In this document: positions 55,069 to 64,000 of the stretch, in pieces
Numbering within the stretch: position 1 is the first letter of the stretch
Layout of the letters: every line of letters begins with the position of its first letter
Assembly (NCBI GenBank): GCA_031267825.1
Contig: JAIRYJ010000005.1
Location: forward strand, 5,765-69,764
Direction: 5' to 3'
Length of the DNA stretch: 64,000 nucleotides
Origin: Bifidobacteriaceae bacterium
GTDB taxonomy: Bacteria; Actinomycetota; Actinomycetes; Actinomycetales; WQXJ01
Notes under the pieces: model-generated
The model's database searches: none
What the model was told of the DNA's origin: nothing
The model's input: only the letters and a program-made list of their open reading frames with translations
Translations under genes and position numbers: made by a program

Positions 55069-57276
55069 CTAAACGCAGTCACAGTATTCGGTATAACCCC
55101 AGGCACAGGAAGCTCCCGCCTTAGCCAGTTCGACCGGGCTGAGTGGTTCCTCAAAAGGACAAGTCCGGTTTGTTTCGCTGGGAGGTGGCGCTGAAGGAAG
55201 CGACGCCGCTGGTGGCGCTGGTGGCACTTGCCCGTTGTCCCACTCACAAATGAAGGCTCTGGTGTCACTATTGGTGCGGTTGCCGAAGTCGCCATCGTTC
55301 CACTGCCCGGGAGGGCTCTTCCAATAGAACTCGGCGTAGTCCTCGGCCTCGTTTTCGCTGTTAGGTTCGCCTTCGGCCCAGTTGGTGTAAACGGTTGGCT
55401 CACCTGTAACCCATTTCCACAAACCCTCTAGGACGGCATCGGACAACCCGAAGTAGGCACTGTCGTAACCCGCCCCTTTGGCTACCTGATAGACAACCTC
55501 GTTCTCGGCCGAACTCGAAATGGTCGCCAAATGGCCGCCAGACTGAGCGCAATAGGCCTGCGCCTGATCCCAGGTTTGGACCGAGTCAACCGAATAAGCG
55601 GCGTAAGTGTGCGCCGCCGAACCACCGTGGAAAATGCTCGCCCCAGCATCCAGATCAGACATCCGTGGGATCGCTTTAGCCGGATACAACTCTGTCTCGT
55701 AGAGCGCATCAGCCACAGCTTCCGCCCGGCGGTCAAACCAGGCTTTACGGTCAGTGCTCTTAGCTGTGTAGTCCATGTAGTTGGACCACGCCTCATCCCA
55801 GACCAGAGAAAAACGCAGCATCAGGAGGTAGGAATAGTAGAACTGGTTAATGGTTTGCTGGTTGTGAGCTTGCTGCGAAATCACCTTGTCAACCAGGCCG
55901 GCGTAAACCTCCCAGGTTTGGTTATAGGCGTCAGCCGCCAGAATGCCAATCCGGCTAGCTTCGGCTTTAGGAATCTCAGCGAAAAGCGTGTACTTGCCGA
56001 TCGGCGAGATCAGGACAGCGCTCGCGACAACGCCGCTCAATTGATAGGCGATCGACCCGATCCCGCCTAGAACTAGTTTCTCCACAACTTGGTCACTCAG
56101 GAATGAGGCGCTCTTCTCGACCGCGGTATCAAGTACCAGGCTGGTGGTAGATGACATGGTGGACGCCACTTCACGGGTGTTAGTGACGAAATCTTGGTTG
56201 AGGGACGGGTTGCCCGCGTTGTTTAAGGTGGTCCGCGAAAACACGGTGGTTAGGGCTTCTTTGGCGGCCTCATTGGCGTTGGCCCGTTCAAAAATGGTGT
56301 TGGCGATGTCGACCCCTAAGATGGCCGCATCAATCACAGTTGACGATTTGGACGCCTTGTCCGCCAGGCCGCGGATCTTGCTGGTAAGTTTCGCATCATC
56401 CATGTAAGAGACAAAAGCCGCGCCACGGTCCGCCACGTCAGCTAGGCCCATGATGCGCGCGAAGCGGGCGTCGTCCAACAACACCGCCACGTCAAGGGCT
56501 GACTCGGTAGCGGTCTTGGCGTCTCGGAACTCATCAATCCGCTGGTTTATCCAGTCGGTGCGCCCCGCCGCGGAGTCCTTCGCCGCGTCATACCGCAAGG
56601 GGCTGGCATCCAACGCGGCGTAGATGGAGTCCTTCTGCCAACTTCCAGAAAACAGGTCATAAACCGACTTGCCGCCAGGGTTGACGAAATCGACCACATT
56701 GTCGAGGAAAAGCCGAAAGTCAGAGTGGTCAATCTGCGAGACCGGCAGATCGCCTTCGAAAACAAAGTTGAACACTTCCCAGAAAGTCTTGAGCGGCATA
56801 TCAACTGTGATGACATCGTCCGGTCCGCGGTCCACGTTGGCGCCAAGGTAAGTCAGAGTCTTGTACAGCGGGACCAGTAAGGTGCCGTCCTGGGCGACCA
56901 TTGTCAAGTCGTAGACCTCTGAGGTTTCACCGCCATCGATTGATTCTGAAACGCTCCGCTGGCTTGGGTCGAACGTTAAGACGCGCATGTATTCGCCGTG
57001 CCGCAGGGTGTACTTACCGTACTGGGTTGACACCTTTGACCGCGTGATTTCGGCGACCTTCTTGATGTCGATCAATATCTCCTGACCGGCTGAGTACAAA
57101 GTGATATCGGCTGGCGCCCAAGAGTTGACCGCGATCTTGGCATCAAAACTGGTTGCGGCCTCAACCGAATTGGCCGGGGCTGGTGCTAAGGCGGTCATGA
57201 CCAATAGTGCGGCCAGCCCAAGGGCGGTCCGCCGGGCCCACGGCCGGTCGGTCTGGCTAGCGGTGTCGCTGGACAT
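55069..57276 (-). CDS. Secreted multidomain protein with a C-type lectin domain
   Basis: Signal peptide; CLECT signature TWDQAQAYC...GGHLATISS.EN...FGLSD...WKW..GE...YTNW..GEPN...WND...FICEW. Confidence 0.8.
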   Translation of the reverse strand: MSSDTASQTDRPWARRTALGLAALLVMTALAPAPANSVEAATSFDAKIAVNSWAPADITLYSAGQEILIDIKKVAEITRSKVSTQYGKYTLRHGEYMRVLTFDPSQRSVSESIDGGETSEVYDLTMVAQDGTLLVPLYKTLTYLGANVDRGPDDVITVDMPLKTFWEVFNFVFEGDLPVSQIDHSDFRLFLDNVVDFVNPGGKSVYDLFSGSWQKDSIYAALDASPLRYDAAKDSAAGRTDWINQRIDEFRDAKTATESALDVAVLLDDARFARIMGLADVADRGAAFVSYMDDAKLTSKIRGLADKASKSSTVIDAAILGVDIANTIFERANANEAAKEALTTVFSRTTLNNAGNPSLNQDFVTNTREVASTMSSTTSLVLDTAVEKSASFLSDQVVEKLVLGGIGSIAYQLSGVVASAVLISPIGKYTLFAEIPKAEASRIGILAADAYNQTWEVYAGLVDKVISQQAHNQQTINQFYYSYLLMLRFSLVWDEAWSNYMDYTAKSTDRKAWFDRRAEAVADALYETELYPAKAIPRMSDLDAGASIFHGGSAAHTYAAYSVDSVQTWDQAQAYCAQSGGHLATISSSAENEVVYQVAKGAGYDSAYFGLSDAVLEGLWKWVTGEPTVYTNWAEGEPNSENEAEDYAEFYWKSPPGQWNDGDFGNRTNSDTRAFICEWDNGQVPPAPPAASLPSAPPPSETNRTCPFEEPLSPVELAKAGASCAWGYTEYCDCV

Positions 57277-57919
57277 AATCCTCCACCGCCGTGGTGTAAT
57301 ACTCGCTGTAGAGTCTTGCCAGATCGCAGGTCACAGCCTTGTCATAGTCATCATTCGGGATGATCTTCCATTGGTCACCCTGCTGGCGCAGTTCAACCTC
57401 GACTCTTGAGGTGACTCGCTCAGGGTGACTGGTTACCGCCTTGATGAACTCTTCCTGGAATCTGATCTGGTACGCCGTGGCGTCCAGGTCAATTCCTGAT
57501 TCAAGTGCGGCGAAGACATCTTCAAGGACAAGACGCAGGTCCGGTGTGGTCACAACAGCTTGGGCTCTACCAGTTTGGCTGCCTTCGGTTTGGCTGTCTC
57601 CGGTTTGGCCGTCCCCCGATTGTCCGTTCCCAACTTGGCCGTCCCCAACTTGGCGGTTCTCAAGCTGGACGAATACCCGGTCATAGTAGGCCCGCTCATG
57701 GTCACGGAAAACAACATCCTCCGCTCCGTAGACCAGGTCCTGATAGGTGGCGGACAGTGGGCTGGGGCCGGACGGGGTTGGGGCTGATTCATCCCGCAGA
57801 ATAGCTTTTAGCAGGATCACCCCGCAGACAACCAGCGCCACCAGGCACAAGGCCAACACAGCGACCACCACCAGCAATCGGTTGCGATCGAACCGCCTTC
57901 GGTATTTCAGCTTCGCCAT
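57257..57919 (-). CDS. Single-TM hypothetical protein, partner of the lectin gene
   Basis: MAKLKYRRR plus one TM helix; 15-bp GDGQ(V/T)-type repeats; C-terminal VELRQQGDQWKIIPND; overlaps the lectin gene start. Confidence 0.65.
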   Translation of the reverse strand: MAKLKYRRRFDRNRLLVVVAVLALCLVALVVCGVILLKAILRDESAPTPSGPSPLSATYQDLVYGAEDVVFRDHERAYYDRVFVQLENRQVGDGQVGNGQSGDGQTGDSQTEGSQTGRAQAVVTTPDLRLVLEDVFAALESGIDLDATAYQIRFQEEFIKAVTSHPERVTSRVEVELRQQGDQWKIIPNDDYDKAVTCDLARLYSEYYTTAVEDYVQRHR

Positions 57920-58321
57920 GAGCCACCGCCGGGCGCCGCGGAACGGCGGCCCGGCGGGCAAGGCGGAGCGGGGGCCGGCCGGGGCGTTCCTTCGAAGAGC
58001 CTGTAACCTGCGTTGGGGGTCGGTCGCAGCATGCCTCCCATGATAGTGCCCGCGACCATGATGAGCCGGGCGATCAGACCGGTGATCAGCCCACCGTCGA
58101 CTGGCTGGGGGTGTCTTGGTCAGTGGCCGACTGATCGGCTGATCTGGTCGATTTCGCTGAAAGGCGGACAACCGCCAACCGAGGTACCGCGCTTCTCGGC
58201 TTTGAGACCGGGTGAGAGTGTCGCCCAAGGTGACCAGGCGACCGATCTGACGACGTCGAAGTAAGCGCAAACTAATTCCCCGGAGGAATTAGTTGACCAG
58301 GCGACCGGATACGATTGGGCG

Positions 58322-59038
58322 GTGCTCAAACCGCCGGTGCCATTCGCTTACAAAGTGGTGATCGCGATCCTCGCGCCAATCTCATGGGCAATCACCAAAC
58401 GGGTCTGGCGTGGGCGGGAGAACTTGCCCGGCAGGGGCGGCTTTGTGGCGGCGGCTAACCACATTTCGAATCTTGACTTCTTGCCGCTGGTTCACCTGCT
58501 GGTTTGGTGGGCCAGGCCGCCTCAGGCCTTGGCCAAAGAGTCACTTTTCAAAATCCCCCTAATCGGCCCAGCCATGCGCGGTATGAAGATGATCCCGGTA
58601 CGTCGGGGGACGGCATCGGCCTCGACGGCGCTAGACGGCGGCGAACAAGCCATCCGGGAGGGCGGCCTGGTGCTGGTCTACCCTGAAGGAACTGTCACCC
58701 GCGACCCAGAAACTTGGCCGATGCGTGGTCGGCCTGGTGCTGTCCGGCTAGCTTTGGACACCGGCTGCCCACTGATTCCCGTGGCCCAATGGGGCGCCCA
58801 GCGGATCTTGCCTTACCATTCGAAGCGTCCTCACCTTTGGCCGCGCAGCCGGGTTGAACTTCAGGTTGGCCCGGCCATCGACCTGACTGACTTGACCGGT
58901 CTGCCAGATCGGGCTGAGGCCGCCCGCCTTGGCACTGAACGCCTGATGGCGACCCTAACTGAGATGGTCGCCAAGCTGCGCGGTCAGACCCCGCCAGCCG
59001 AACCATATAACCAGTTCGCCGGGCGGGATGGCGCCTGA
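58322..59038 (+). CDS. plsC: 1-acyl-sn-glycerol-3-phosphate acyltransferase
   Basis: NHISNLD, LAKESLF and YPEGT. Confidence 0.9.
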   Translation: MLKPPVPFAYKVVIAILAPISWAITKRVWRGRENLPGRGGFVAAANHISNLDFLPLVHLLVWWARPPQALAKESLFKIPLIGPAMRGMKMIPVRRGTASASTALDGGEQAIREGGLVLVYPEGTVTRDPETWPMRGRPGAVRLALDTGCPLIPVAQWGAQRILPYHSKRPHLWPRSRVELQVGPAIDLTDLTGLPDRAEAARLGTERLMATLTEMVAKLRGQTPPAEPYNQFAGRDGA

Positions 59039-60063
59039 TGGCTCGCCTAGCGATCGTTGGGGCAGGGGCTTGGGGGACGGCCTTCGCCCAGATTTGCGCT
59101 GATGCCGGGTCTTCGGTCACGGTCTTGACCCGCGACAGCGAACTGGCGCAAGCCATCAGCTCCGGTTCTAATCCGCGTAATTACCCTGGCGTCAAACTGC
59201 CGCCCTTGAAGGGTTGCACTGACCCGGCGGAGGCCTTGGCTGGGGCTGATTTTGTGGCCATGGCGGTTGGTGCGCAAGCGGCTGGCCAGGTGGCGGCCAG
59301 GTTGGTTCGCCACATCCCGCCAGACGCTGTCGTCGCGTCGCTGGCTAAAGGTATCGAGGTCGGTTCCGGCAGGCGCGTTTCAGAGGTTTTGTCCGATGCC
59401 GCCGACCTTCGGCCTGAGCGGGTGGCGGCGGTTTCTGGACCTAATCTGGCCGGTGAGTTGATTCAGCGCCAGCCCAGTGCCACGGTCGTGGCCTGCCGTG
59501 ACGAGGAAGTGGCGCGGGCTTTGGCGGCTGCCATGGCGACACCGTATCTCAGGCCGTACACCAACCCGGACATGGTTGGTGTGGAGATTTGCGGTGCGAT
59601 GAAGAACATCATCGCCTTGGCGGTTGGTGCCGCCCAGGCGATGGGATTGGGCTTGAACACGGCGGCGACTTTCATGACTCGTGGCCTAGCTGAGATGACG
59701 CGCCTAGGGCTAGCCCTAGGCGCCGATTTGGAAACCTTCGCTGGCATGGCTGGTGTGGCTGACTTGGCGGCGACTTGCCTGTCACCGTTATCACGCAACC
59801 ACCGGGTGGGGGACCAGTTGGGCCGTGGCGCCAGTGTCGCTACCGCCATCGCGGCGGCTGGCGGCCCGGCCGAGGCGGTCCAGACTTGTTTGGCGGTTCA
59901 GGCCCTGGCCAGGGCTAACCAGATTGATGTGCCGATCACTGATGCGGCGGTCGCTGTGCTCCACCATGGTGTGCCGGCCACTGAGATGGGCCGCCAGTTG
60001 CTGTCCAGGCCGTTCCGTTCTGAGGGTGCCAGATATGAGGCTTGGCCCGTCGGGTCGGCCTAA
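59038..60063 (+). CDS. gpsA: NAD(P)H-dependent glycerol-3-phosphate dehydrogenase
   Basis: GAGAWGTA, KGIE, SGPNLA, GAMKN, TRGLAE and SRN. Confidence 0.96.
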   Translation: MARLAIVGAGAWGTAFAQICADAGSSVTVLTRDSELAQAISSGSNPRNYPGVKLPPLKGCTDPAEALAGADFVAMAVGAQAAGQVAARLVRHIPPDAVVASLAKGIEVGSGRRVSEVLSDAADLRPERVAAVSGPNLAGELIQRQPSATVVACRDEEVARALAAAMATPYLRPYTNPDMVGVEICGAMKNIIALAVGAAQAMGLGLNTAATFMTRGLAEMTRLGLALGADLETFAGMAGVADLAATCLSPLSRNHRVGDQLGRGASVATAIAAAGGPAEAVQTCLAVQALARANQIDVPITDAAVAVLHHGVPATEMGRQLLSRPFRSEGARYEAWPVGSA

Positions 60064-60125
60064 CAGACCAGACCGTACAATAAAACCGCAGGTCAGCCAA
60101 CCCCAGGCCAGCCACCAACCATTTG

Positions 60126-60176
60126 AGAAACTCGACCCAGTGGCTGTTACAACCCCACTGGGCCGACTTCCCGACC
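60126..60176. repeat. REP-like palindrome, copy 4
   Basis: Homolog of 44479-44529 with compensatory changes. Confidence 0.75.
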
Positions 60177-60433
60177 GCCCAGCGCCGGCCGATCCAACCC
60201 GGCCCGATCCCAAAGTTTGGTGAAACCGACAAATCAAGCCGAACCGGCGGCCGCACCGCGAACACCCCGATCAACCCCCAACTACGGCAGCGGCATGGAC
60301 AACCCCTGTGTAGCGCGCGACTTGACGCAGCACACAGTGTTGATCGCGAAACGCGGTGCGGCGTTTGGTGGTTTGAGGGGTGTGGCCGGGTCCCTTTAAG
60401 TCATCAGAGGACTGATGATGGCGGCCAGGTTCC

Positions 60434-61597
60434 TCAGCGCAACCCCTGGTCTAGGTCATGCCACAGGTCATCGGGAAGTTCCAGACCAACTGACAGGCGC
60501 AACAAGTTGTCTGGCACATCGCCGGATTCGGCTGGCCAGCGGCGACGGCGCTCAAGCATGGATTCGACCCCTCCAAGTGAGGTGGCCGGCACCCAGAGCT
60601 TAGTTCGGGCGGCCAAGGCGTCAGCCTTGGCCGGACCACCGTGAACCTCAATGGCGATGATCCCCCCAGCGCCAGTCATCTGAGACTTCGCCAAAGTGAA
60701 GGCCGGATCTGATTCAAGGCCGGGATAACGTACCCGTTCGACCGCCGGATGGGATTCCAGCAGCCTGGCTAAGGTCAAAGCCGATGCGCCGATGCGTTCC
60801 ATCCGCAACGGCAGGGTCCGGATACCGCGCAGCAGGAGGAAAACATCCATCGCTGAAGGAGTCGCACCGTGAACCCGCCGGAAAGCCCGCAGAGCGGTGT
60901 CAGCCTCGGAGTTGGCCGCCACAACCGCGCCAGCCAGCAGGTCACTGTGCCCGCCGAAGTACTTCGAGGCCGAATGAACCACCAGGTCAGCTCCCCATTC
61001 GAGCGGACGCTGAAAGACCGGCGTGGCCAGAGTGTTGTCCACCGCGACCAGAGCGCCAACCGAACGGGCGGCTGTAACAAAGGCGGCGGCATCGGCCACT
61101 TCTAATAGAGGATTGGTCGGAGTTTCGATCCAAAGCATGGCGGCTGGGTCCAAACCAGGCCCTCCAGCTAACGCTTGGCGGACCTGATCGGTCTGGTCGA
61201 TCCCAACCAAAGTCAAGGCGATACGCCCAGTGGCGGCTAACTCTTGGGCCAGGGCGATTGTCCCGTTGTAAGCGTGGCTGGGCATGACCAGACGGCCACC
61301 AGGTGGAATGAGGCTGATCGCGGCGTCGATCGCGGCCATGCCAGAGGAGAACAAGACGGCGCTTCGCGAACCGCCTTCAAGCAAGCCAATGACTTGTTCG
61401 GCGCCATGATGTGACGGGTTGTCATAGCGGGCGTAGGCGGCCTGACCTGGCGGTGGGGTGGCGCGTGAGACGAACGTTGAGTTGAGGCTGATCAGCGGGT
61501 TGACTGGTGCGCCAGGCTCGCGGGGGGGCCGACCGGCCGTCACCGCGATGGTCGCCAGTGAAAGGCGGCTGGTCTGGTCTGGATCGGATTGGGACAT
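60434..61597 (-). CDS. metB: Cystathionine gamma-synthase / Cys-Met PLP-dependent enzyme
   Basis: YARYDNP, FSSGMAA, ETPTNP, DNT, HSASKY and SLGGVES. Confidence 0.82.
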   Translation of the reverse strand: MSQSDPDQTSRLSLATIAVTAGRPPREPGAPVNPLISLNSTFVSRATPPPGQAAYARYDNPSHHGAEQVIGLLEGGSRSAVLFSSGMAAIDAAISLIPPGGRLVMPSHAYNGTIALAQELAATGRIALTLVGIDQTDQVRQALAGGPGLDPAAMLWIETPTNPLLEVADAAAFVTAARSVGALVAVDNTLATPVFQRPLEWGADLVVHSASKYFGGHSDLLAGAVVAANSEADTALRAFRRVHGATPSAMDVFLLLRGIRTLPLRMERIGASALTLARLLESHPAVERVRYPGLESDPAFTLAKSQMTGAGGIIAIEVHGGPAKADALAARTKLWVPATSLGGVESMLERRRRWPAESGDVPDNLLRLSVGLELPDDLWHDLDQGLR

Positions 61598-61718
61598 GAT
61601 CTAAGCCTAAAGGCCTGGCTGGTGAAGGAGCCTCGTTGGTGGGCTGGTGGAGAAACCTGGTTGGCGCAGGGCCTTGGCTGGCGGAACCTGCCCAGGGCGA
61701 CCGGTAGTCTGGAGCGCG

Positions 61719-62924
61719 ATGAACCAGCCCCTTGAGTCCAACTCGGGCGGCGGCCCGGGTGCCAGCCCGCAACCCGGCCCGGGCGCCAGCCCGCAACCCA
61801 GTCAATCGCGCCGTATCCGGGTGGCACTGCTCTTTGGTGGCCGATCCGGCGAACACTCAGTTAGTTGCGTTACGGCGGGTTCCCTGCTGCAAGCGATCGA
61901 CCGTGACCGGTTTGAGCCAGTGCCAGTTGGAATTGGCCTGGACGGGCTCTGGACTTTGCAGCCAGATGATCCAACCCCGCTGCGGGCCCAAGACGGCCGA
62001 CTGCCACAGGTTGAGGCGGCCGGGCCTGAAGTCCTCCCGCCGGACCGGGCCGGTTCACGCCAATGGCGCATCATCAACAACACAGGCCAAGTCGAAACGC
62101 TCGAACCGATAGATGTGACGTTCCCACTGTTCCACGGCCCCTACGGCGAAGATGGCACGATTCAAGGACTGCTTGACCTGACAGATCAGCCCTATGTTGG
62201 TTCCGGTGTTCTAGCCAGCGCGATCGGCATGGACAAGCGCTATATGAAATGTGTCCTTGAGGCGGCCGGGCTGCCAGTTGGGCCATATGAGGCGCTAGAC
62301 CCAGGTCAATGGCAACGCCAACCAGAAGCTGTGGCGGCCAGGGCGGCCAGACTGGGTTATCCGCTGTTCGTTAAACCGTGCCGTGCCGGGTCATCGCTCG
62401 GCATTTCACGAGTCGACCAGCCTTCCGGTTTGGCTGCCGCCATTGAACTAGCCCAACGCCACGACCGGCGGGTTTTGATCGAAGCGATGATCCAGGGCCG
62501 GGAAATTGAATGCGCCGTGCTCGAATCACCCGATGGCGGACCGCCCCGGGTGGCGCCGCCATCAGAGATCGTGGTGGGCTCCGGTTATCAGTTCTACGAC
62601 TTTGAATCGAAGTATCTTGACGCGTCCGGAGCTGACTTGCGTTGCCCGGCTGACCTGCCGCCTGGCGTGACCGAACGGCTCCAAGACCTGGCGGGCCGGA
62701 CCTTCCAGGCGATCGGCGGCGAAGGTCTCAGCCGGGTTGATTTTTTCTACGATGAGCTGGCCGCGCCGGGCCGTCAGGTGATCGTCAATGAAATCAACAC
62801 CATGCCTGGTTTCACCCCAATTTCGCAGTATCCCCGGATGTGGCAGGTGGCTGGCCTCGACTACACCGCTTTGGTCAGCCAGTTGATCGATTTGGCGTTG
62901 GCCCGGCCGACTGGGTTGCGCTAA
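61719..62924 (+). CDS. ddl: D-alanine--D-alanine ligase
   Basis: FGGRSGEHSVS, HGPYGEDG, GSSLG, YDFESKY and EINTMPGFT. Confidence 0.97.
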   Translation: MNQPLESNSGGGPGASPQPGPGASPQPSQSRRIRVALLFGGRSGEHSVSCVTAGSLLQAIDRDRFEPVPVGIGLDGLWTLQPDDPTPLRAQDGRLPQVEAAGPEVLPPDRAGSRQWRIINNTGQVETLEPIDVTFPLFHGPYGEDGTIQGLLDLTDQPYVGSGVLASAIGMDKRYMKCVLEAAGLPVGPYEALDPGQWQRQPEAVAARAARLGYPLFVKPCRAGSSLGISRVDQPSGLAAAIELAQRHDRRVLIEAMIQGREIECAVLESPDGGPPRVAPPSEIVVGSGYQFYDFESKYLDASGADLRCPADLPPGVTERLQDLAGRTFQAIGGEGLSRVDFFYDELAAPGRQVIVNEINTMPGFTPISQYPRMWQVAGLDYTALVSQLIDLALARPTGLR

Positions 62925-62928
62925 GCCC

Positions 62929-63915
62929 ATGGCCGAGGCCGACCTGCTGGCTACGATCCTGCCGCTGCTCCCCACCGGGCAGGCGACCAGACTCGGCCCA
63001 GGTGACGATTCAGCGGTGGTTTCCTGCCCGGACGGCCGGGTGACGGTCTCAAGCGACATTTTGGTTGAGGGAGTTCATTTCCGTAGTCAGTGGTCGAACG
63101 GGTTTGACATCGGTTGGCGTTTGGCAGCCCAGAATTTGTCCGATGCCGCCGCCATGGGTGCGCGTCCAACCTCGCTTGTTGTGGCGTTGGCGGGCAGGGC
63201 AGAACAACTGTCCAGCGACTGGCTGGAGGCTTTCGCAAACGGGTTGGCGGCTTGCTGTTCACCTTGGGGAGTCGGTGTGGTTGGCGGTGATCTGTCGGCC
63301 GGTCCGATCCTGGTGGCTTGCGCCACAGTCCTTGGTGACTTGGCGGGACGTCCACCTGTCACCAGATCGGGTGCCCGACCAGGTGACGTGCTGGCTTTAG
63401 CGGGCGGGTCTGGTCTGGGTTGGTCGGCTGGTGGCTTAGCTGTACTGGAAGCCAGCGGCCCGGCGGGTGACCTAGCCAAAAGCGCCGCCGGGGAGACCGC
63501 CCTGGCGGCTTATCTCCGGCCAGATCCGCCAATTGACCAGGGTGAACGCGCTGCCTTGGGCGGTGCCAGCGCGATGCTGGATGTTTCGGACGGTCTGATG
63601 ATTGATTCTGGTCGGTTGGCCGCCGCCAGTGGTGTCCGCCTGGTGATAGACGCGGCTTCGGGCGGACTGGCGGCCGCCGCCAAGGCTTTGGCGCCGCTGG
63701 CTGGTCAGTTAGGCTGTGACCCTTGGGATTGGGTAGCGGGCGGTGGTGAGGACCATGCTCTGCTGGCCACTTTCCCAGCCGGACGGACGCTGCCAGACGG
63801 TTGGGACGGCATCGGACAGGTTGAATCCCCCGGTCCGGTTGGGCCGGGCGCCCAACTGACCGGGCTGGAAGCGGACCGCATCAGGCGGCTGAACCGCGGC
63901 TGGGACCATTTCTAA
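62929..63915 (+). CDS. thiL: Thiamine-monophosphate kinase
   Basis: GPGDDSA, EGVHF, NLSDAAAMG, GGD, DVSDG and GGEDH. Confidence 0.96.
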   Translation: MAEADLLATILPLLPTGQATRLGPGDDSAVVSCPDGRVTVSSDILVEGVHFRSQWSNGFDIGWRLAAQNLSDAAAMGARPTSLVVALAGRAEQLSSDWLEAFANGLAACCSPWGVGVVGGDLSAGPILVACATVLGDLAGRPPVTRSGARPGDVLALAGGSGLGWSAGGLAVLEASGPAGDLAKSAAGETALAAYLRPDPPIDQGERAALGGASAMLDVSDGLMIDSGRLAAASGVRLVIDAASGGLAAAAKALAPLAGQLGCDPWDWVAGGGEDHALLATFPAGRTLPDGWDGIGQVESPGPVGPGAQLTGLEADRIRRLNRGWDHF

Positions 63916-64000
63916 ACCCGCTCAGTATTCGGTGCTGCGGCGAACCAGCCGAGTCTTCGCGGTTCATGCCCTAAGGCATGTCTTTACGCCGGGCGCATCC

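Noticed and set aside
55069-55620. Diversity-generating retroelement target (lectin fold)
   Set aside because: No reverse transcriptase and no template repeat of this region were seen in the window.
60340-60430. Possible hammerhead ribozyme (GAAAC...GTC...CTGATGA)
   Set aside because: Stems I and III do not pair next to the core. CTGATGA is better explained as one arm of the TCATCAG-AGGA-CTGATGA hairpin downstream of metB.
60123-60644. 173-aa ORF between gpsA and metB
   Set aside because: It runs through a REP-like palindrome and antisense into metB, with no protein-like features.

Overview
High-GC actinobacterial chromosome segment, Micrococcales-like by gene order (murI-MBL-rph-rdgB; guaA-pspC-TCS-pcrA; ndgR-leuCD-murA-plsC-gpsA-ddl-thiL). 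It holds about 52 CDS, tRNA-Lys(CTT) and tRNA-Leu(TAG). I saw no CRISPR array, transposase, integrase or reverse transcriptase. Accessory content: (i) a YehLMP-like AAA ATPase/DUF5682/VWA module; (ii) after tRNA-Leu, a SnoaL protein and a secreted CSLREA/beta-helix protein; (iii) a ~13 kb amino-sugar cluster (DUF5107, SIS, NgcEFG-like ABC transporter, BadF kinase, Gfo/Idh/MocA, and an AgaR/AgaS/aldolase/PfkA block); (iv) two tandem alpha/beta-hydrolase-plus-polytopic-membrane paralogs sharing a ~280-nt leader with a palindromic operator and apparently conserved pairing; (v) an ECF sigma/anti-sigma pair; (vi) an insert between murA and plsC with vapBC and a secreted C-type-lectin protein plus partner. 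The best non-obvious signals are the duplicated structured leader, a four-copy REP-like palindrome family with compensatory changes, two ATGA-coupled 7-codon mini-ORFs between murI and the MBL gene, and a DasR-site-like tandem array. All calls were made by eye from motifs and synteny; no database searches were run.
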